This document shows, in pieces, positions 26,801 to 41,490 of a stretch of 64,000 bases of DNA. The position numbers were made by a program, and so were the translations under genes. The stretch spans positions 2,245,908-2,309,907 of the forward strand of contig CM082579.2 in the NCBI GenBank assembly GCA_040954595.2. Reading direction: 5' to 3'. Origin of the DNA: Balanoglossus misakiensis (Eukaryota > Animalia > Hemichordata). Position 1 is the first letter of the stretch. Each line of letters starts with the position of its first letter. The notes beneath the pieces were generated by a model, which was not told the origin of the DNA, did not search any database, and saw only the letters and a program-made list of their open reading frames with translations.

Positions 26801-29800
26801 CCAAAAAGTAGCAGGATGCCTTCCTGTTTTTCATCGAATGAAAGTTAAGACAGAATTGAAGATGTGGCTACTGCCAAACAGGTTAATAGATCAGCTCCTG
26901 AAAAATAAGTCAGGTCCCTGTCTATATTCTAAAATAATTATTTCATCCATTCCTTAAAACTGTACAAAACAGACCAATTGAATTTCCTTTTGCATAAAAG
27001 TACAATTGTAAACAAGTTGTCCTTATGCAAAGGCAAAGAAACTTGATACAATTGAAAAACATAATCTGATCTTGCACAGAGTATTAATTATATAACCTTC
27101 ACCTCAAACGGTCAGGTCAGGTCCCTGTCTATATTCTAAAATAATTATTTCATCCATTCCTTAAAACTGTACAAAACAGACCAATTGAATTTCCTTTTGC
27201 ATAAAAGTACAATTGTAAACAAGTTGTCCTTATGCAAAGGCAAAGAAACTTGATACAATTGAAAAACATAATCTGATCTTGCACAGAGTATTAATTATAT
27301 AACCTTCACCTCAAACGTTTCGACCATCACATCTCGCTTCACATAGGGCCTGATTGGTTTAGGAAATTTTATGCATGACACGTCCTGAAAGTTATCATTA
27401 AATCTGTCTAAGTTCTTGGCTTCGACCCTGAGGTCAATCTGAAACAGACACAAAAGGCAGACATGGGTGAAAGGTCACGGTCAAGGTCTCTGATAGCATT
27501 TCTCTGTTGTGTTGGTAGGGCAGGCATTCATATCTGGTGGTAAACCAATCAGGCTGGGGACAACAGGCACACAAAGGCCACAAACTTTTAAATGCTGTTT
27601 TTGTGGTCAGCTCCACTTGTCACCTTTGTTGTTGTTTCTGAACATCTTTTCTATTTTTAACACAAGAAAGAAGATTGAAAATTAAATAAAGGCAGAGGAC
27701 ATTTTTACAAGTTACATACCTGTTTCTTAAGGAGGACATCAAACTCATCAACAATGTCTTTAAGGCTGAGCCACTTGAGTCCAGGCAGGTAAGTCAAAAT
27801 GCTGGCTCCAAAATAGAGCAGTTTCAAGTCCCGCGAGACACTTCTGTACACATGAGGATGTAGAACCTGGGTATAAAAAATATTAATAATGAAAATCTGT
27901 GAACAACTGCCAGTGATTTCGGTGCCACAAACAACAAAAGCCAGGACGGCATAAAATGAAGAACACATTTCAATGTTGACTGAGTGGAAGCAACTTCATT
28001 CTATACTGCTATGGCCTTGGTGAACATCAACATCAAATTTCGTACACTGGACAGTTTATGAGGAAACCACAAAATGTTTAGTTTTTACAGACAAAGGAAC
28101 CTTGTGTTCAAAGGAAACGTCCGAAAAAAGGAAATATCAGTCTTGATGTCTTCCTGGTGACAAATTAATAAAATATTTCCCCCCGTTAACAGGATGAAAT
28201 TACTCACCTTTATAGCCACTGGGATCAGACCGTCTAAATCATCTTCACTGTTTGTGGACTCTACAGGGAGAATGACAACACACCAACTGGCTGTTAACTA
28301 CGCTACACAGCCTTGACATCTCCTGCACAAGGTCATATGCACTCAGCAGGCCTTCAACTCCATTGAGAGAGTTCAAATGTTCAAATGGTGCATATCTCTT
28401 CAATAACACTCGGTGAATATTTACCATCAGTATTAAGCCTGCACTTTTTTTTTTTCTTTTGATACTTTTTTTGCTGCAAGCTGATTAAAGCTTTCAGTCA
28501 TACTTTTACAATTTGTAAAACCAGATAAATCAGCATAAATGCCAACATTTGTGTCAACATGCAAAGCAAATAATGCACACAAGAGTTTCTTGGTACAATG
28601 AAACCACAGTAATACCTTTGTGGTCCCCACACTTTGACTCCTCAGTTCTAAGTATTTCTTCTGTATTTATTTGACTTGTTTCATTTCCACCACCACCATC
28701 TTCATGATCAGCATGATCCAGGTGTTGCTCTGAAGGATCCAGCCTTTGCTGGACTTTATCCTCACTCTCGGTTGTCATTCTCTTCTCCTTCTTCCCAGCA
28801 ATCCGTTCTTTCTCAGCAAGGTCCAATTCTGTGTCTTCGGTACCAAAAAGACGCCCAAAGCCAAGAATCTCCATCCCTTGCAAATGAAAATAGGGGTGTA
28901 ACTCAGTCCAAAGTTGGCAGAAATGTTTAAAAGTTGGCAATGTGTTGTACAAAGGAGCAGAGCGACCAATTCATGGTTGTTGTAAGGGTAGTAGCCAGTC
29001 AGAAAAAGTAATATACATGTAGCCAGTTTTTTGCTGGGTACCAGCTTATCTACACTACTGTTAAAACTTATATTTGAAAACATATATACGCTCTGAGAAT
29101 TGGAGCATCAGGACTCGACAGTTTAACGCACCCTCTAAACATTGAATCATTGACATACATTGTATACCCTCTGGATATTTCTCCTAGTTTGCCCAACCTC
29201 ATAGAGAAGATTTGTTCATGGCATATTGGGTTTGATTAGGGACATGTTACCCAGTGACTTTCCTATCGTGTCCTCCCTCTCAGGGACCCACTTGTTTGTT
29301 GGCCTTGTCTCTGTACATGAACACAGCTCAAAGCTGAAATCCATGGCCATCATAAATTAAAATTTCAGGTGATAAAGTTACAATTTAAATAGTTTCCAAT
29401 GAAAATACGTCCCTGTGTGATTCTAACCAAGGCAACATGACCATCATGCACAAAGGAAAGGAAAACGTGGGGTCAAAGAATGAACGACCCAAACATATAA
29501 GTGGGTTGGGTTGAGGGGGAGGATAAAGTCATAAAAAAGTCAATGCAACCTGATCAACTCGTGAAGGTCACGTTGTTGATTTGAAACACCAGACTGTTAT
29601 TGGAGGATTATCATAAGTGAATGTCAAGTCGCCCATTAATTATTCGTCATATTGAAGTTTGACTCAGGATCATCAAGATGAAAAACGATCCCTGCAGGAG
29701 GCTCTGATATGTGTGTCCTTTCACTAAACCATCTTCAAGCAGAAATAATTCAAATACAATATTGGAAATACGATTCCCTGATGATTAATTTCCAGATAAC

Positions 29801-31218
29801 CTTGTAGAGGCTATTACCGCCTATCAACAAAACATTCACATCCTCTTTTTTTTTCATTCCTCAGTAAGCAACATCAAACACACTGTACCAAACAACTTTA
29901 TGTGTTATCATTCGAAGTTAATACACCCTTGAAATATATAAGTGATATAATATCATTTTTTTCTTCCTCCAATAAAAACATCTGCTGCAAGTGAGTACGC
30001 ATTATCAAGTTGTTTTCCCTTTTTATGAGGAGAACAACCTAGAGGTTTGAAAGGATGCGTCCCTGATCATGCACGGATGGTCTCCCATTCAATTGAGGGG
30101 ATTTGCATAATTTATGCCCAGAAAGTTTTCTTTATGCAGAGGCGGGCCACTGAACAGGATACTTTATTCTGATGGCAAGAAGCCAAGAATGATGTTTGCA
30201 TGAGCTTGGAGGAGTTACAGTTGCTGACGCTCAACATCAAAATGTTACCACAGGATTAACGCAATAAACCAATTTGAAGCCCTGCTGTATTTAACAGAGG
30301 TCAGGAACCTGCCACCAAATGGAATAGGACATTTCCTCTTGACCACTAAAAAAAGGGAAAAAAGCAAACAAAACCAAGAAAGAAAAGAAGTGAACCACTA
30401 ACAATTTTTTTTTTACCTTCAAAAAAATCTGGTGCATCTGTATCATCTAATTCTTCTAAAATTTCTTCCAGAAGATTCTCATCTTGGATCTTCTCCGGCT
30501 TCATGTATCCCTTGTAGACTTGCCCTATGCATCCGGACCTGATTGCATGTCTGTTGTTATCAATCTTCACGAAGATGTCCCTCCAGTTCTTTCCAAAAGC
30601 CCTCTCCAACTTCTTCTTGGTGTAGAACCACGAGTGTGGGGGTGCGTCATGGTGCAGCTTGGAGAAGCAGTCGCAGAAATCTGCCGAGAAGAGGTCTCTG
30701 CGTGTGCTGGCCCACTGCCCGAGCTTGATGAACGCTGGCCCAGAGATCTCCACAGCAAATAACAAGAGCTGAAGCCATGTTGATTTGAAGGTGGGGAAAA
30801 ACAAAGTCCAAGGGTAGACAGAGTACACTGGCAGGAAAGTGAGCAGCAATCTCAAAAATCGCAAGTAAAGGGTGATATACTTGTACAACCGTCGAAAAAT
30901 CCTCACTGCTATGTTTCTCTTGTTTTTCTTTTGGATTTCACTTGTTTTCACATCAGCTGGAATTTTCTGAAGATCCTTGCAAAACACTGCAGGGCTGTTT
31001 TTACTCAGACACACTCTACCTGCTAGAGCAATTGGCACAGTAAGAAGATATCTGGTAAACTTTGATCCAGCCTTCAGTTCACCATGAAATCCAAGCCTGG
31101 AAACTGGAGAAGACCTGCTTGCCCAAGTCCTACTGATCCAACTAGTGTATGTCCAAGGTCTGGAGGCACATCTTTGAAGTGATGTCAGGAAGAGAGTGCC
31201 AATACAAGAATATGTCAT
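23863..31218 (-). CDS. ADCK2: AarF/ABC1 atypical kinase ADCK2
   Basis: Exons approx. 31218-30418, 28877-28615, 28260-28208, 27867-27720, 27439-27310, 26142-26041, 25892-25641, 25252-25124, 24182-24129, 23991-23863. GPAFIKLGQWASTRRDLFS, SGCIGQVY, VAIKVLHP, DNFVHADLHPGNILVQ, KLESNFAS..LEGLGRSLDP. Confidence 0.95.
26909..27317. repeat. Tandem duplication of about 202 bp spanning an ADCK2 splice donor
   Basis: 26909-27110 and 27116-27317 look identical by eye, separated by an extra GTCAG. Confidence 0.92.
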
Positions 31219-34082
31219 TGTGTAACCAGGGACATGTCACAGACCAATAGGCTTGGCTGGCAGTAAACAACACCAGAGAACTTGCAATCTGATTGGCTCA
31301 GAGTCTGACCTTTCACCCTGCTGGCTTCTCACTGTCATGTTCTATCAAACAGGAAGGATAAATGACTCAGCTTCAATCCTCTGATTTGGGTGAAATAGTG
31401 AGATTTCAACTGGAAGGGGCAATGGAATGGCGACTCATTTGTTTCCTGTTTGTTTTGAAAAATAAAGAAAATACCAATTAATGACAAACTTGAATGAAGA
31501 ATGGCTTGAATATATCAGAAGTGCCTATCTACAGAGAAGGGGTCAATGTCCCAGTATAGCATGACTCACAGAACAACAAAACTTTATATTGTGTTCTGAA
31601 TGGCCTGCTGGTTGCTCATTTCCTTTACGTTGTTATTGACCCTTGGAAAGTCAACAGTTAGATTTGGCATGCGTCAAAGTACACGGTACCAGTACTTATC
31701 GCTAAATGAATTTTCTATCACTGCAGAGGAAACATGAACTTTTTACCTTGAGGCAAGGATCTAAGGAAATTGGAAGTTGTTATTTAATGCGAAAACACTG
31801 CTTTCCTACAGAAAAATGTTTGGCTTTTAACATGTTCTGATGTTAACTCAATGATTAGGACTTTATTGAAACTTTTTCACTAAAATTACAAAACAAGCTT
31901 CACTTTTGACGTGTTCTGATGTTTACTTCAACCATTTAAAAAATTAGAGAAATTACTGAATAATAAATTACAAAAAAAAATTCAAATACACTTATGTGAT
32001 ATTTCTTGTAAATTTAAATATTAACAGGATGTATTTCATCATCGACTGATTTAGAAACACGTGACCATATGTACATGGTTTTTTTTCTTCATGAGTGAAT
32101 AGGAAATATGTAAAGCAGATAACACTGTAAAAATAAATACTACCGGTACAAAGAAATTTAAAAAGTGAAATATGAAAAACATACTGGAGTATTTTATAAC
32201 ATTTATGCTGACAGTAATAATACAATTTAACATAAGTTAAAAAATAATACTAAATTATCTGAGAAAATCAGTGCACTGAAATAAACAGCACCGATTGATT
32301 TCACTACTTTTTTTATAATAAATTCATTGCTGTCATACTTGAAACTATGTTAAATTTTGGTTTCAGAAACAAAAAAACCATCACGTCATAGGAACACACA
32401 GCTGTGATTAGAGAAAAGCACCAAGTTTGATAAATTTGTTATGATCAACTTTGGGTCAATCTTCAATTAGCAGAATTGGTAAAACAATTAAACTTTATAC
32501 AAAAATTCCATCTAATCATAAAAAATCTTCACTAAATATTTTACATGCATACTTCTGAAGTAAAAATTGAATCTGTATCAGAACAGCTGTTGAAATGTGA
32601 GAAAAACAACTTCCAATTCACAAATGACCTTCACATCTCATGGCCTCTTCTCTGAATCCAACAGAATGGAAATTCAGCATTTAAAAACGTCACTCCGAAA
32701 TAATATCAATTCACACAAAAGAGAAACAGATAAAATATTCAAATCTATTGAAATTGACACATTTGCTGAATTAGAAGAAAAGCTGGGAAGAAAAGATGTC
32801 AAAATGTAAATTGCGTCACAGAATCTTTTTGTGAGGCAGATAACCTTTACATGTCCTTGGACAGCTCAACACGCATTGTATGTAAACAACTCCTACGTTA
32901 CCCATTGTGCATAGCGTTTCTCTATTTGTAAACACTGCACAGTGCAACAGACCTTTCTCATTTAAAACTTTTTTTCACACTTTCTGGAAGGAAGTGAATC
33001 ATTTTGAAATAGCGTGCGTGAAAAAATAGCAGTAACTTTGAAAGACACTTTGCAGATTTTTCTTGATGAAAAGTTCGTTACTTCCGAGAGAAATCGCGAA
33101 AATAGTCACAACAACATCTTTCTGATGAAAAACAAGGAACATGTAAATATTCAAAAAATCGCACCTGCCGGTCCCGTCAGTGGTGTCGTTTGGACAACAA
33201 AAACAGAAAGTTACGGTCTCACGTCATGCGATCGCAATGTGCCCGGCGAGTCTTCTCCTGGCTGGCAGTGTCGCAGTACATACACCGCTTGTTTTCAGCA
33301 GTTGTCGTCTTTCATTGCGAGTTTCTGAGTTGCGTTGCATGAATGAAAATTTACAACCTATTGCTGCCTTGCTAACATCCGGGTGTTGTTAAGGGAAATT
33401 AAGACCACATAAGCTAGTCATGATTTGGTCATTGTTTTGATCAAACCATTTTTAAAACAAAGGCGACTGTCCACGAAAACTTCGCAATAATTTCTAATAT
33501 TAAATAAATAACAGATTATTAATAAAAAAGCATGTACAAATGTTGCGATGTCATTTGTTTCCGCGTATTTTATTCCCATCGAATCTTGCCGTAGCTAGAT
33601 GGCTCTTTAGTCACTGTTGAGAAATGAATCAACCAACACTGCACTGACAGATGTAAGTTGAATGTCTCATGAAGGTGATCTAAGGTGACCTTCGCAGTTT
33701 ATATCCGAAATTACGCAGAACGTTCTTTGTCGGACATCCTATTAACATTCACTGGTTATCGACCGTATATATATATTATCAGAGTGCGTGGGAGTTACTT
33801 ACAGAGCTGTGTCACCGTAGATTACTTCATCTGGCTCGGTGAGGTTTTATAATGCCAGCGTGACCTCGAGAAAGGTCACGCTGAAATTTGACGTTTGACT
33901 TGCCGGCTGCCTACAGTCCAGCGCCTATGCATGGCAACAAGAAAACTCAATCTGTTTTCTTGTTGTTTCGATTAATAGTGTCAAAGGTTTGGCGTTCTAC
34001 TCGAGACAGTCGTTATCAATATATATTTTATTTCCTTTGATCTGAATATACGACCAAGGACACTGTAACCGGAATACTACAC

Positions 34083-36354
34083 ATGAACATGTTAAGGTCG
34101 GTCAGCAAAACGGCTAATTTACTGGGGCTTGTTGCAAAGAACTGTCAGAACTGTCATTCGACTTACAAACTGACGAGACCTGTGCGCATTTTAAATGTGA
34201 GATTTACAAGTGTTCTGACGAAACCCCAAGAAGGGGAAGAAACAGCAGACGACAAACTGGTGCATAGTTTATACCAAGGCGTCATCACTGGGAAGAGGTC
34301 CAGTCTGGCTCAAGCTATAACTCTGGTTGAAAGCACCAACCCAAGAAAACGAGCCCTTGCCGAGAAACTGTTGACAGATGTACTTGGGTACTTGAGGAAG
34401 AGGGAACAACACAATGCTGGAAAACCTGTGTGTTTCAGAGCAGGTACCATCACTCATGCACTACTTTTTGCAAGTTGAAAACTGGATATTTCACGCCTTT
34501 CAGTGGTGAAGAATGGTCTTTGATGAATTTTGTATCTAACATTGGATGGTGTGATCAACAATAATGAATTTAAAAAAATAGTCAAAACACTATAACATTG
34601 TTTTTACCTTGTCCATACTTGTCCCGTCTGTTTTGTGGAAAGTGCCTTGATGCCAGTCACCTGTATTAAGCATTTTTCCTGCATCCAACATTGCAAGGTA
34701 ACAGTATTGATGTCAGTCAACTTGATGGGCAAGGACTTTGTGAGTCACGTTAAATTGGTATGCACAGTCAGGCTGAGGAGTGGGTGTCACCATTTTATGG
34801 AGGGGGAGGAAAGGGGAAAGGTTCATTGCCAGTGCTAGTTCCATCTAATACTGGACTTGCCCTGAAGGAATGATTAACCTCATAAAATATGGACAAGCAC
34901 TTGACATGACTCTTTTCACTGAAAACATTTGGGGGAGGGGAAAGTTTCTGCTTTATGTGCAAAATTTGTAGTCAGCAAATCCACCAAAATATGTGGCTGA
35001 ATTGATAAAACTTGAATGAAAGGGATTTCCAGATTTTAAATAAATATCAGTTTGCTAACAGCTACCAAATTTATTCTACTTTCTTTCAGGACTTACAGGA
35101 CCACCAGGTGCTGGCAAGTCATCCTTCATTGAATGTTTTGGTAAACACCTAACAGGAATTGGGCGCAAAGTGGCAGTTTTAGCAGTAGACCCATCATCAT
35201 CTTCCACTGGCGGTAAGCATCTGTTGAGTCTCACAGAATATTTCACAGATTTGTTGACTGCGCCTACTGCACTGCATTTAAATTTGTACAGTATTGCTGA
35301 TTTGTAGCACTGTTCATTTCAGGATCTCTGCTTGGTGACAAGACGCGAATGATTGAGCTGAGCCGTGACATGAATGCGTACATTCGGCCATCACCAACTG
35401 GTGGCACCCTGGGTGGCGTGACCAGGAGCACCAATGAAGCAATACTACTCTGTGAAGCAGCCGGCTATGATGTGGTTCTAGTGGAAACAGTTGGTAGGTA
35501 CATGGTAGAGTGTATTTGGTCATGTGACAGCTGTCTCTTAGCTGGGGATGGGATGTCCAAGCAAATTCGAAACTTAAGTCAAAGTGATATAATTAATATA
35601 TGATGTCTGTTAGGATGATGACAGTGATGATGATGATTAATTTCAGGGGTTGGTCAATCAGAGTATGCAGTGGCTGACATGGTGGACATGTTCGTCTTGC
35701 TGATACCACCAGCAGCTGGTGACGAGCTGCAGGGCATCAAGAAGGGCATTGTGGAAATGGCTGATCTCATTGTGGTGAACAAAGCCGATGGTGATCTCTA
35801 CATTGCTGCTAAGCACATCCAGATGGAGTATCTCAGCGCTGTCAGGTTGCTGCGCAAGAAGTCAAAAAATTGGTATCCAAAGGTGGGTGTTGAATGCAAA
35901 ATATATTGGAAGATTACTTGTTACTTATAATGTATGTGCAATACCAGCCAGACCATTGCAACTAGTGTTTGCTCACTGTCATGGCTTTGCTGCCCATGTT
36001 GTTATCCTACTTTGGGTCTTTTTTTACTGACAGGTGCTGAGGGTTTCTTCCAAGAAGAGCGAGGGCTTGAAAGAAGTGTGGGAAAACATGGCTGAGTTCT
36101 ACAAGGTCATGGTCAGCACTGGAGAAATGAAGACGCGACGTGCCGTGCAACACAAGACCTGGATGTGGAACCACATCCGCGAGCACATCATCAAACTCTT
36201 CAAGACACACCCCAGCGTGGAACCACAGATCAGATTCTTGGAGGAGAGGGTGGCCAAGTCTGTGATAACGCCGGGTTTGGCGGCCGATGTCCTCTTGAAG
36301 TCATTCTCCGACGCTTCTAAAGAAGCCCAGGAGCAAGAGAAAAAGAGGAAGTAA
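34083..36354 (+). CDS. MMAA: Methylmalonic aciduria type A protein (MeaB/ArgK GTPase, mitochondrial)
   Basis: Exons approx. 34083-34443, 35090-35212, 35323-35493, 35647-35882, 36034-36354. [56 protein letters not shown]; basic N-terminus consistent with a presequence. Confidence 0.97.
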
Positions 36355-37477
36355 TTTATGAATCTATGAATCATTAATGGAGGCATCCATATTGTGGGTG
36401 AGAAACCTTGAAAAAAAGAACATCTCAACGCAAGAATTAGAATTATGGAATTTGTTATTAAGTAATTTTGCTGAGAGTAACTATGGTAACATCTGCTTGA
36501 CCAGAAATATGTGTGTATGTCATATTTGTTAGCCGATGACAATGTATTCAGTATTTATCATGCATGTAGTATAGACTACTGTGAAATGTCATTTACTATG
36601 TAAACAGAATTGTAATATAAAACTAGAGAGAGAAAACCATTTTACATTAATTTAATTTTTTGCACTTTCTGTTCTTCATCTCACGTGCTACACAATTTGA
36701 CCTGAAGCCAAACATCCCAAAACCTTGCCGAGTTGTGAGGCATGTCGCCAGGTGTCCTTGATGGTTCAGTGGGCCATACCATGAAGGACCTTAGGAGTGT
36801 GTTACATTTGCAATAAACATTTGTTTAGTCTAAGCAAAGATTTCTGGTGTTGATTTCTTTTTATACCTATCTGCTGCCCGTTTCTGGGTGTAATGAAGAT
36901 CAGTTCCAGGCAAGTTTTAGAACTGTCACCTGGTCCTGCAGGTGAACACTTCGAAAACTTAAACTGTTCACCAATAATGAACCAACATTCTGCATTCATT
37001 CTTTTTGTTCACATTTTTTTTATACTAGAGATGGTTGCTTCGAGAAGCACCTTTCATAGTGCAGGGTCCTTTGCATGCACCAAGGTTAACTCAGCCAGCG
37101 TCATGTCTGTCAATAGGTGGCGCTCTTCAGATGACAGTTAATTCTTTCCAGTGTCACTATCCAAAATTGGCTTTTGAGAAGTTTGCATTTGCATCCATAC
37201 AATAATTTCCCCAGAAATCAACACTCAGCCCTTTGAATACTCAATCTCACTTTGACAATCATTAACTTCAATTTCAAAAACATCCAAACATGAGGGGGTC
37301 ATAAAAGAACTTTATTTAACAAATCATACAGCACATCACCCTTCTTTAAATTTAACACAAAAGCTGACTGACTTAAAATTCAAGCCCAACAATACTACAG
37401 ATTTTAAAAGTCACATGAATAAAAGGAATAACTTAAGAGTTAAAGGAAAAATTGTCAATTCTGAGACAACTTCAATG

Positions 37478-40371
37478 TCATGACCTGGGTAGAACACCAA
37501 TCAAAAGATTATTCTTGGGAGTAGAAGATGGCGGTTGAATAGTACAGATGGTTACTTGGTAACCGTGTTCTCTGGCTGCCTCTGCTCGGTCTTCATCGAT
37601 CAAACCCATGCACTTCTTTCCTGAATAAATGACAGAAAGATAAAAGAAATGTTTGTGAAGACGTCACAATGATGCACTCTATATGGCAATGAGCAGAGCA
37701 GAAATCAGTGAACATCAGCAGTCTCACCTTGTTTGGCTGTGTCTGATTCAAACTGCCAAGGGGTCTGATCTGCAGCATGTCCCAGCAAAACATACTCCTA
37801 AAATTAAATGAAAAAATTTAAAAGAATGACAATCCAGACATCAGAGACTGAAATGATCTGATAAAGAGTGAATTTCAAAATGGCTGACTATAAAATCTGG
37901 GACACATACCTCTTCAGACAGCACCTTCTTGAAGGTCTTACTCCTAGGATATGTGATGGTGTGTGTATTGCGTACACTGCCATAGCAACAGGGCGATGAG
38001 ATGAATGCAGCTTTGCACTGAATACATTTGGCGAGAACCATGTCAGTTGCCACACCACACGCATGCAGAGACACCTGTGGAGAGATGATATTGTCAAGGG
38101 GGGTGACAAAATTTAATTGTTGGGTCCGAGTTTAGTATTAGTAGAGGCAAACTGCATACTTACGCCAATATCAAAACTGCCCTGGAAGTACTCCAGATTG
38201 CCATGATACAGAGTGACATTCTTCATCTGCAGACTGGATATTCTACTCTGTGCTCTCTCCAGTGATTCTATCTTGTTTTCTATCAGGAACACTTGGCACT
38301 GTGGTAGAAGATAGGCCAGGGTGATTCCCACATGGCCCTGAAAGACAAAATAAGTGCAGCGATTGAGATGTGAATGAATAAAGTCTACACATCTGGTAGA
38401 CATAGAACAAGACTCCTTGCTACTGTCTGATCTGTCAGTCTATGAACATTATATGATATGACTAAAGCATACACTCACCGCTCCACAACAGAAGTCAACA
38501 ATGACATCACCAGGCTTGGCCATTGGCAGCACAGCTGACACTATGTTTTCGACTTGGTGGCACTTTCTCACACACCGTTCGTCCGTCACATCCCCTTGTA
38601 TTGGTTTAACGTCTTCTGGGAAAATGTTCCATTCCAGTTCTAAGTTCTCACACGGGTGTTTCCTGAAAGCTGTTTCAATTCCATTGCAAGCAAGCTTGTC
38701 AACCAGCCCTGGTGCTTCCCTCTTTAAAGCAGTTTTGATCACCTTCCTAGAACAAGATAGATAGCGCAGAGTTTGCTTCGGTTTTTCTTTCAACATCACA
38801 TGCCATTATAATAAAATGCTGAGAAACACAGCTCACTTTATTATCAGTATCAAGATTCGTATCAGAACAGATACTGTAACATATTTTAGTGTTACTGAAC
38901 TATAATTTTATTTACTTATACTGATACTTTTTTTTTACTCTCATACCTTGATTTTAGTTTTTGCAGCTTCAAATTTTCCTCACTCTGAAGTTCAATTGGT
39001 TCCTCCTGCTGACAATCAGGTTCCAAGTCTCTGACTATCAATGGAGTTAGTCCACACAATTCAGATGCCTCAGTCACATACGGTACAGCCAGCATGTTCT
39101 TGTACCACCGAAATACTCGTGGTATTTTCTCCTGTATATCTGGCACATTGTTCTGTATAGTATGAGCGATGTAATGATACAGGCAAGGGTAGAGCACAAG
39201 ATCAGCTAGAGTGACCTCAAAGCCTTCCGCAAATAGATGAGGAAGAGTTGGTAAACTTTCAGTCGGGATTATCTGCTTAGAACGAGGTTTCTTCAATCTT
39301 CTCTTGCGCCTTTGTGCTCGCAACTGTGTCCTGTCTTGGCAGTTTTCATCATCGTTTGCAATATAGCCATCATCAATGTTGTCAGTCGCCATCGATATCG
39401 CATCTGCTGTTCCAACGTCAGTGATTTGCATAGTCTGTATCCTGACAGCCGCATCAACAACATCATCCGCACTTGAACTTGTGGATTTTCTGTTCTTTTC
39501 AAGTTCAAGGCATCCACAGTCCCCTGTGCTTTGCGTGCGGTTATTCTGACAACCGATGCAGTTTTCAGCCACACTCCTTTTGTGAACCTCTCTGCGTTTC
39601 TTGTTGATGTTTGACATGGCAACGGGCTGGGCTAGGAAGCTCTCAAACTTCTTTATTGTTGGATGTATATCACCACGGTGACCGTTCTGGAGAAAGTCAT
39701 CAATAGCAGAAGGCATCTCTATCTCACATAGTTTTGTCCACTGACTGGATTCAGCACAAGCTTTTAAACATGTCTGGTTGTAGCCCTGGATTTTGTTTGG
39801 AGGAGAAGAAATAAATTAAGGAACACATATAATAAGGTAGGGTTGACACAAATGCCAAGCTCAGTACACACTTGTGAATGACTGAACCTTCTAGATAACA
39901 TGCAAGGACTACAATTAGAGGAACTGACTATATTGATTTCATACAAGGATGCAAAATCATTTTTAGTTTACCTACCAATAAGTTGGTGAGATTTCTTTCA
40001 GGATGTTCCTTGTCACCCTTGTACAGCAAATTCCTCACAATGTTGGCCAGACCAAGACAACAGCAGCTGGAGAACTCATTTCTCAAGAGCAACACAGGGA
40101 GCGCACAGTGTCGCACGCTTATTGGGATGTTCGCTTCATCCACAACCTCTGCGTGTTTCAGTGACTCCGGCAATCGAAATCTGGTGCGTATTCTGACCGC
40201 TTCATCACCCTTTTGTGGGAGTCTGACGAAGCATACCTTGCACTCGGCCGATGTTAGCTGGCAGAAGGTGTGAAGAAAAAGTGTGACCTGGGAGTCGAGG
40301 GAAAGGTCATCTCCATCATTGTCATGGCAACCTAGATACAGAGTATCCTCACACAAAGCTGGTGCTGCCAT
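37478..40371 (-). CDS. GSTCD: Glutathione S-transferase C-terminal domain-containing protein (with methyltransferase domain)
   Basis: Seven coding exons. TCLKACAESSQWTKLCE, FAEGFEVTLADLVLYPC, RKCHQVEN, IVDFCCGAGHVG, LHACGVATD, PCCYG, PKNNLLIG. Confidence 0.95.
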
Positions 40372-41490
40372 GACTTGTTTGGCAGCTTTGTCCTGAAAAA
40401 GAAATTGTGTTCATTTTCATTTTTAGACTGTAAATGAGATAGGCCCCTCACGCAGAAGTGTGTGTGGGGGGCACCTGAGTGTGAGGGGGGGGGGGGAATA
40501 AAGCACATATGGATATGACAATTTCATGTAACTCTCACGCGAATCTAGAAATAGTCTCAGCGCCTGTCCACCAACACTGATTCCATGCACATCCTAGGAA
40601 AGAACATTTTATTTATATTGCCTACCTACTATGTCGCTAGTACACGTGTGTGCACCTGGATATCGACATGTCATGGAACCAGTCAGCTGGCTTCAAAGTC
40701 CCAAGCACACCAAGCAAGAGTGTTGTCCCCTTACGCGATTTGGGAACCGATTAATGTAGTGCGACTGGAAGATGTTCAGTTATATAATTGAAAAGACTAA
40801 CATTAACAATGGTGACAGTTAACTACAATTGTGTGTTCGAAACACGCAGAGTAATTGTTTTACGCTTTTTCATATAGTTTGACTTTGCAACATAGATATT
40901 TAGAGATTGCGGTATGATATGAGAAGAGGTGAAACGCCAGTGATTGCGCAGCCAACGGTAGAATGATGTCACCCGTTCGTTCTCCCCTCCCAGCCACGCC
41001 CCCTCTTTCTCGCGAACTGCTGGTTATCACCACTGTGAAAAACTTTGAAAATTTAACATTTTCCGCATGCATGTCCCCTTCCTATACACTCGTAATAAAT
41101 AACCACTAAGCAGTGTTTATTTGAAGGGTGGCCGTTTATTTACTTCGGAATTACTTTGGGCTTTCCATACGAATATAACGATACATATACATGTATATAT
41201 AAGATGCTATATATTTTGAGAAGAATATAATAATTGTTGAACACAAGCTAAAGACAGTAAAATGTCCAAGCACAAAGAATTCTCGATATACTGACTGATA
41301 ATTCATCACGCGCCCAGTTTACATGAAAAAAAAATCATTTTCCCGTTGGCTCTATGAAAAATAATATAGTACAAGTATTATCAAGCTGCTAAGAGTTGTC
41401 ATGTCACGTCTCAGCCACTTTCAGTTTATGGCTTCTTGTCTGAAGTATGATTCTGAGATCCGAGCTTGCATAGTCCCGGCACACAACAAG

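Noticed and set aside
36756-36790. SECIS-like hairpin between MMAA and GSTCD
   Set aside because: Stem GTCCTT.ATGGT/ACCAT.AAGGAC exists but lacks the ATGA/GA quartet geometry, and neither gene shows an in-frame TGA.
40372-41490. INTS12 head-to-head with GSTCD as in vertebrates
   Set aside because: No INTS12-like exons; the upstream neighbour is the 3' end of the lectin gene.
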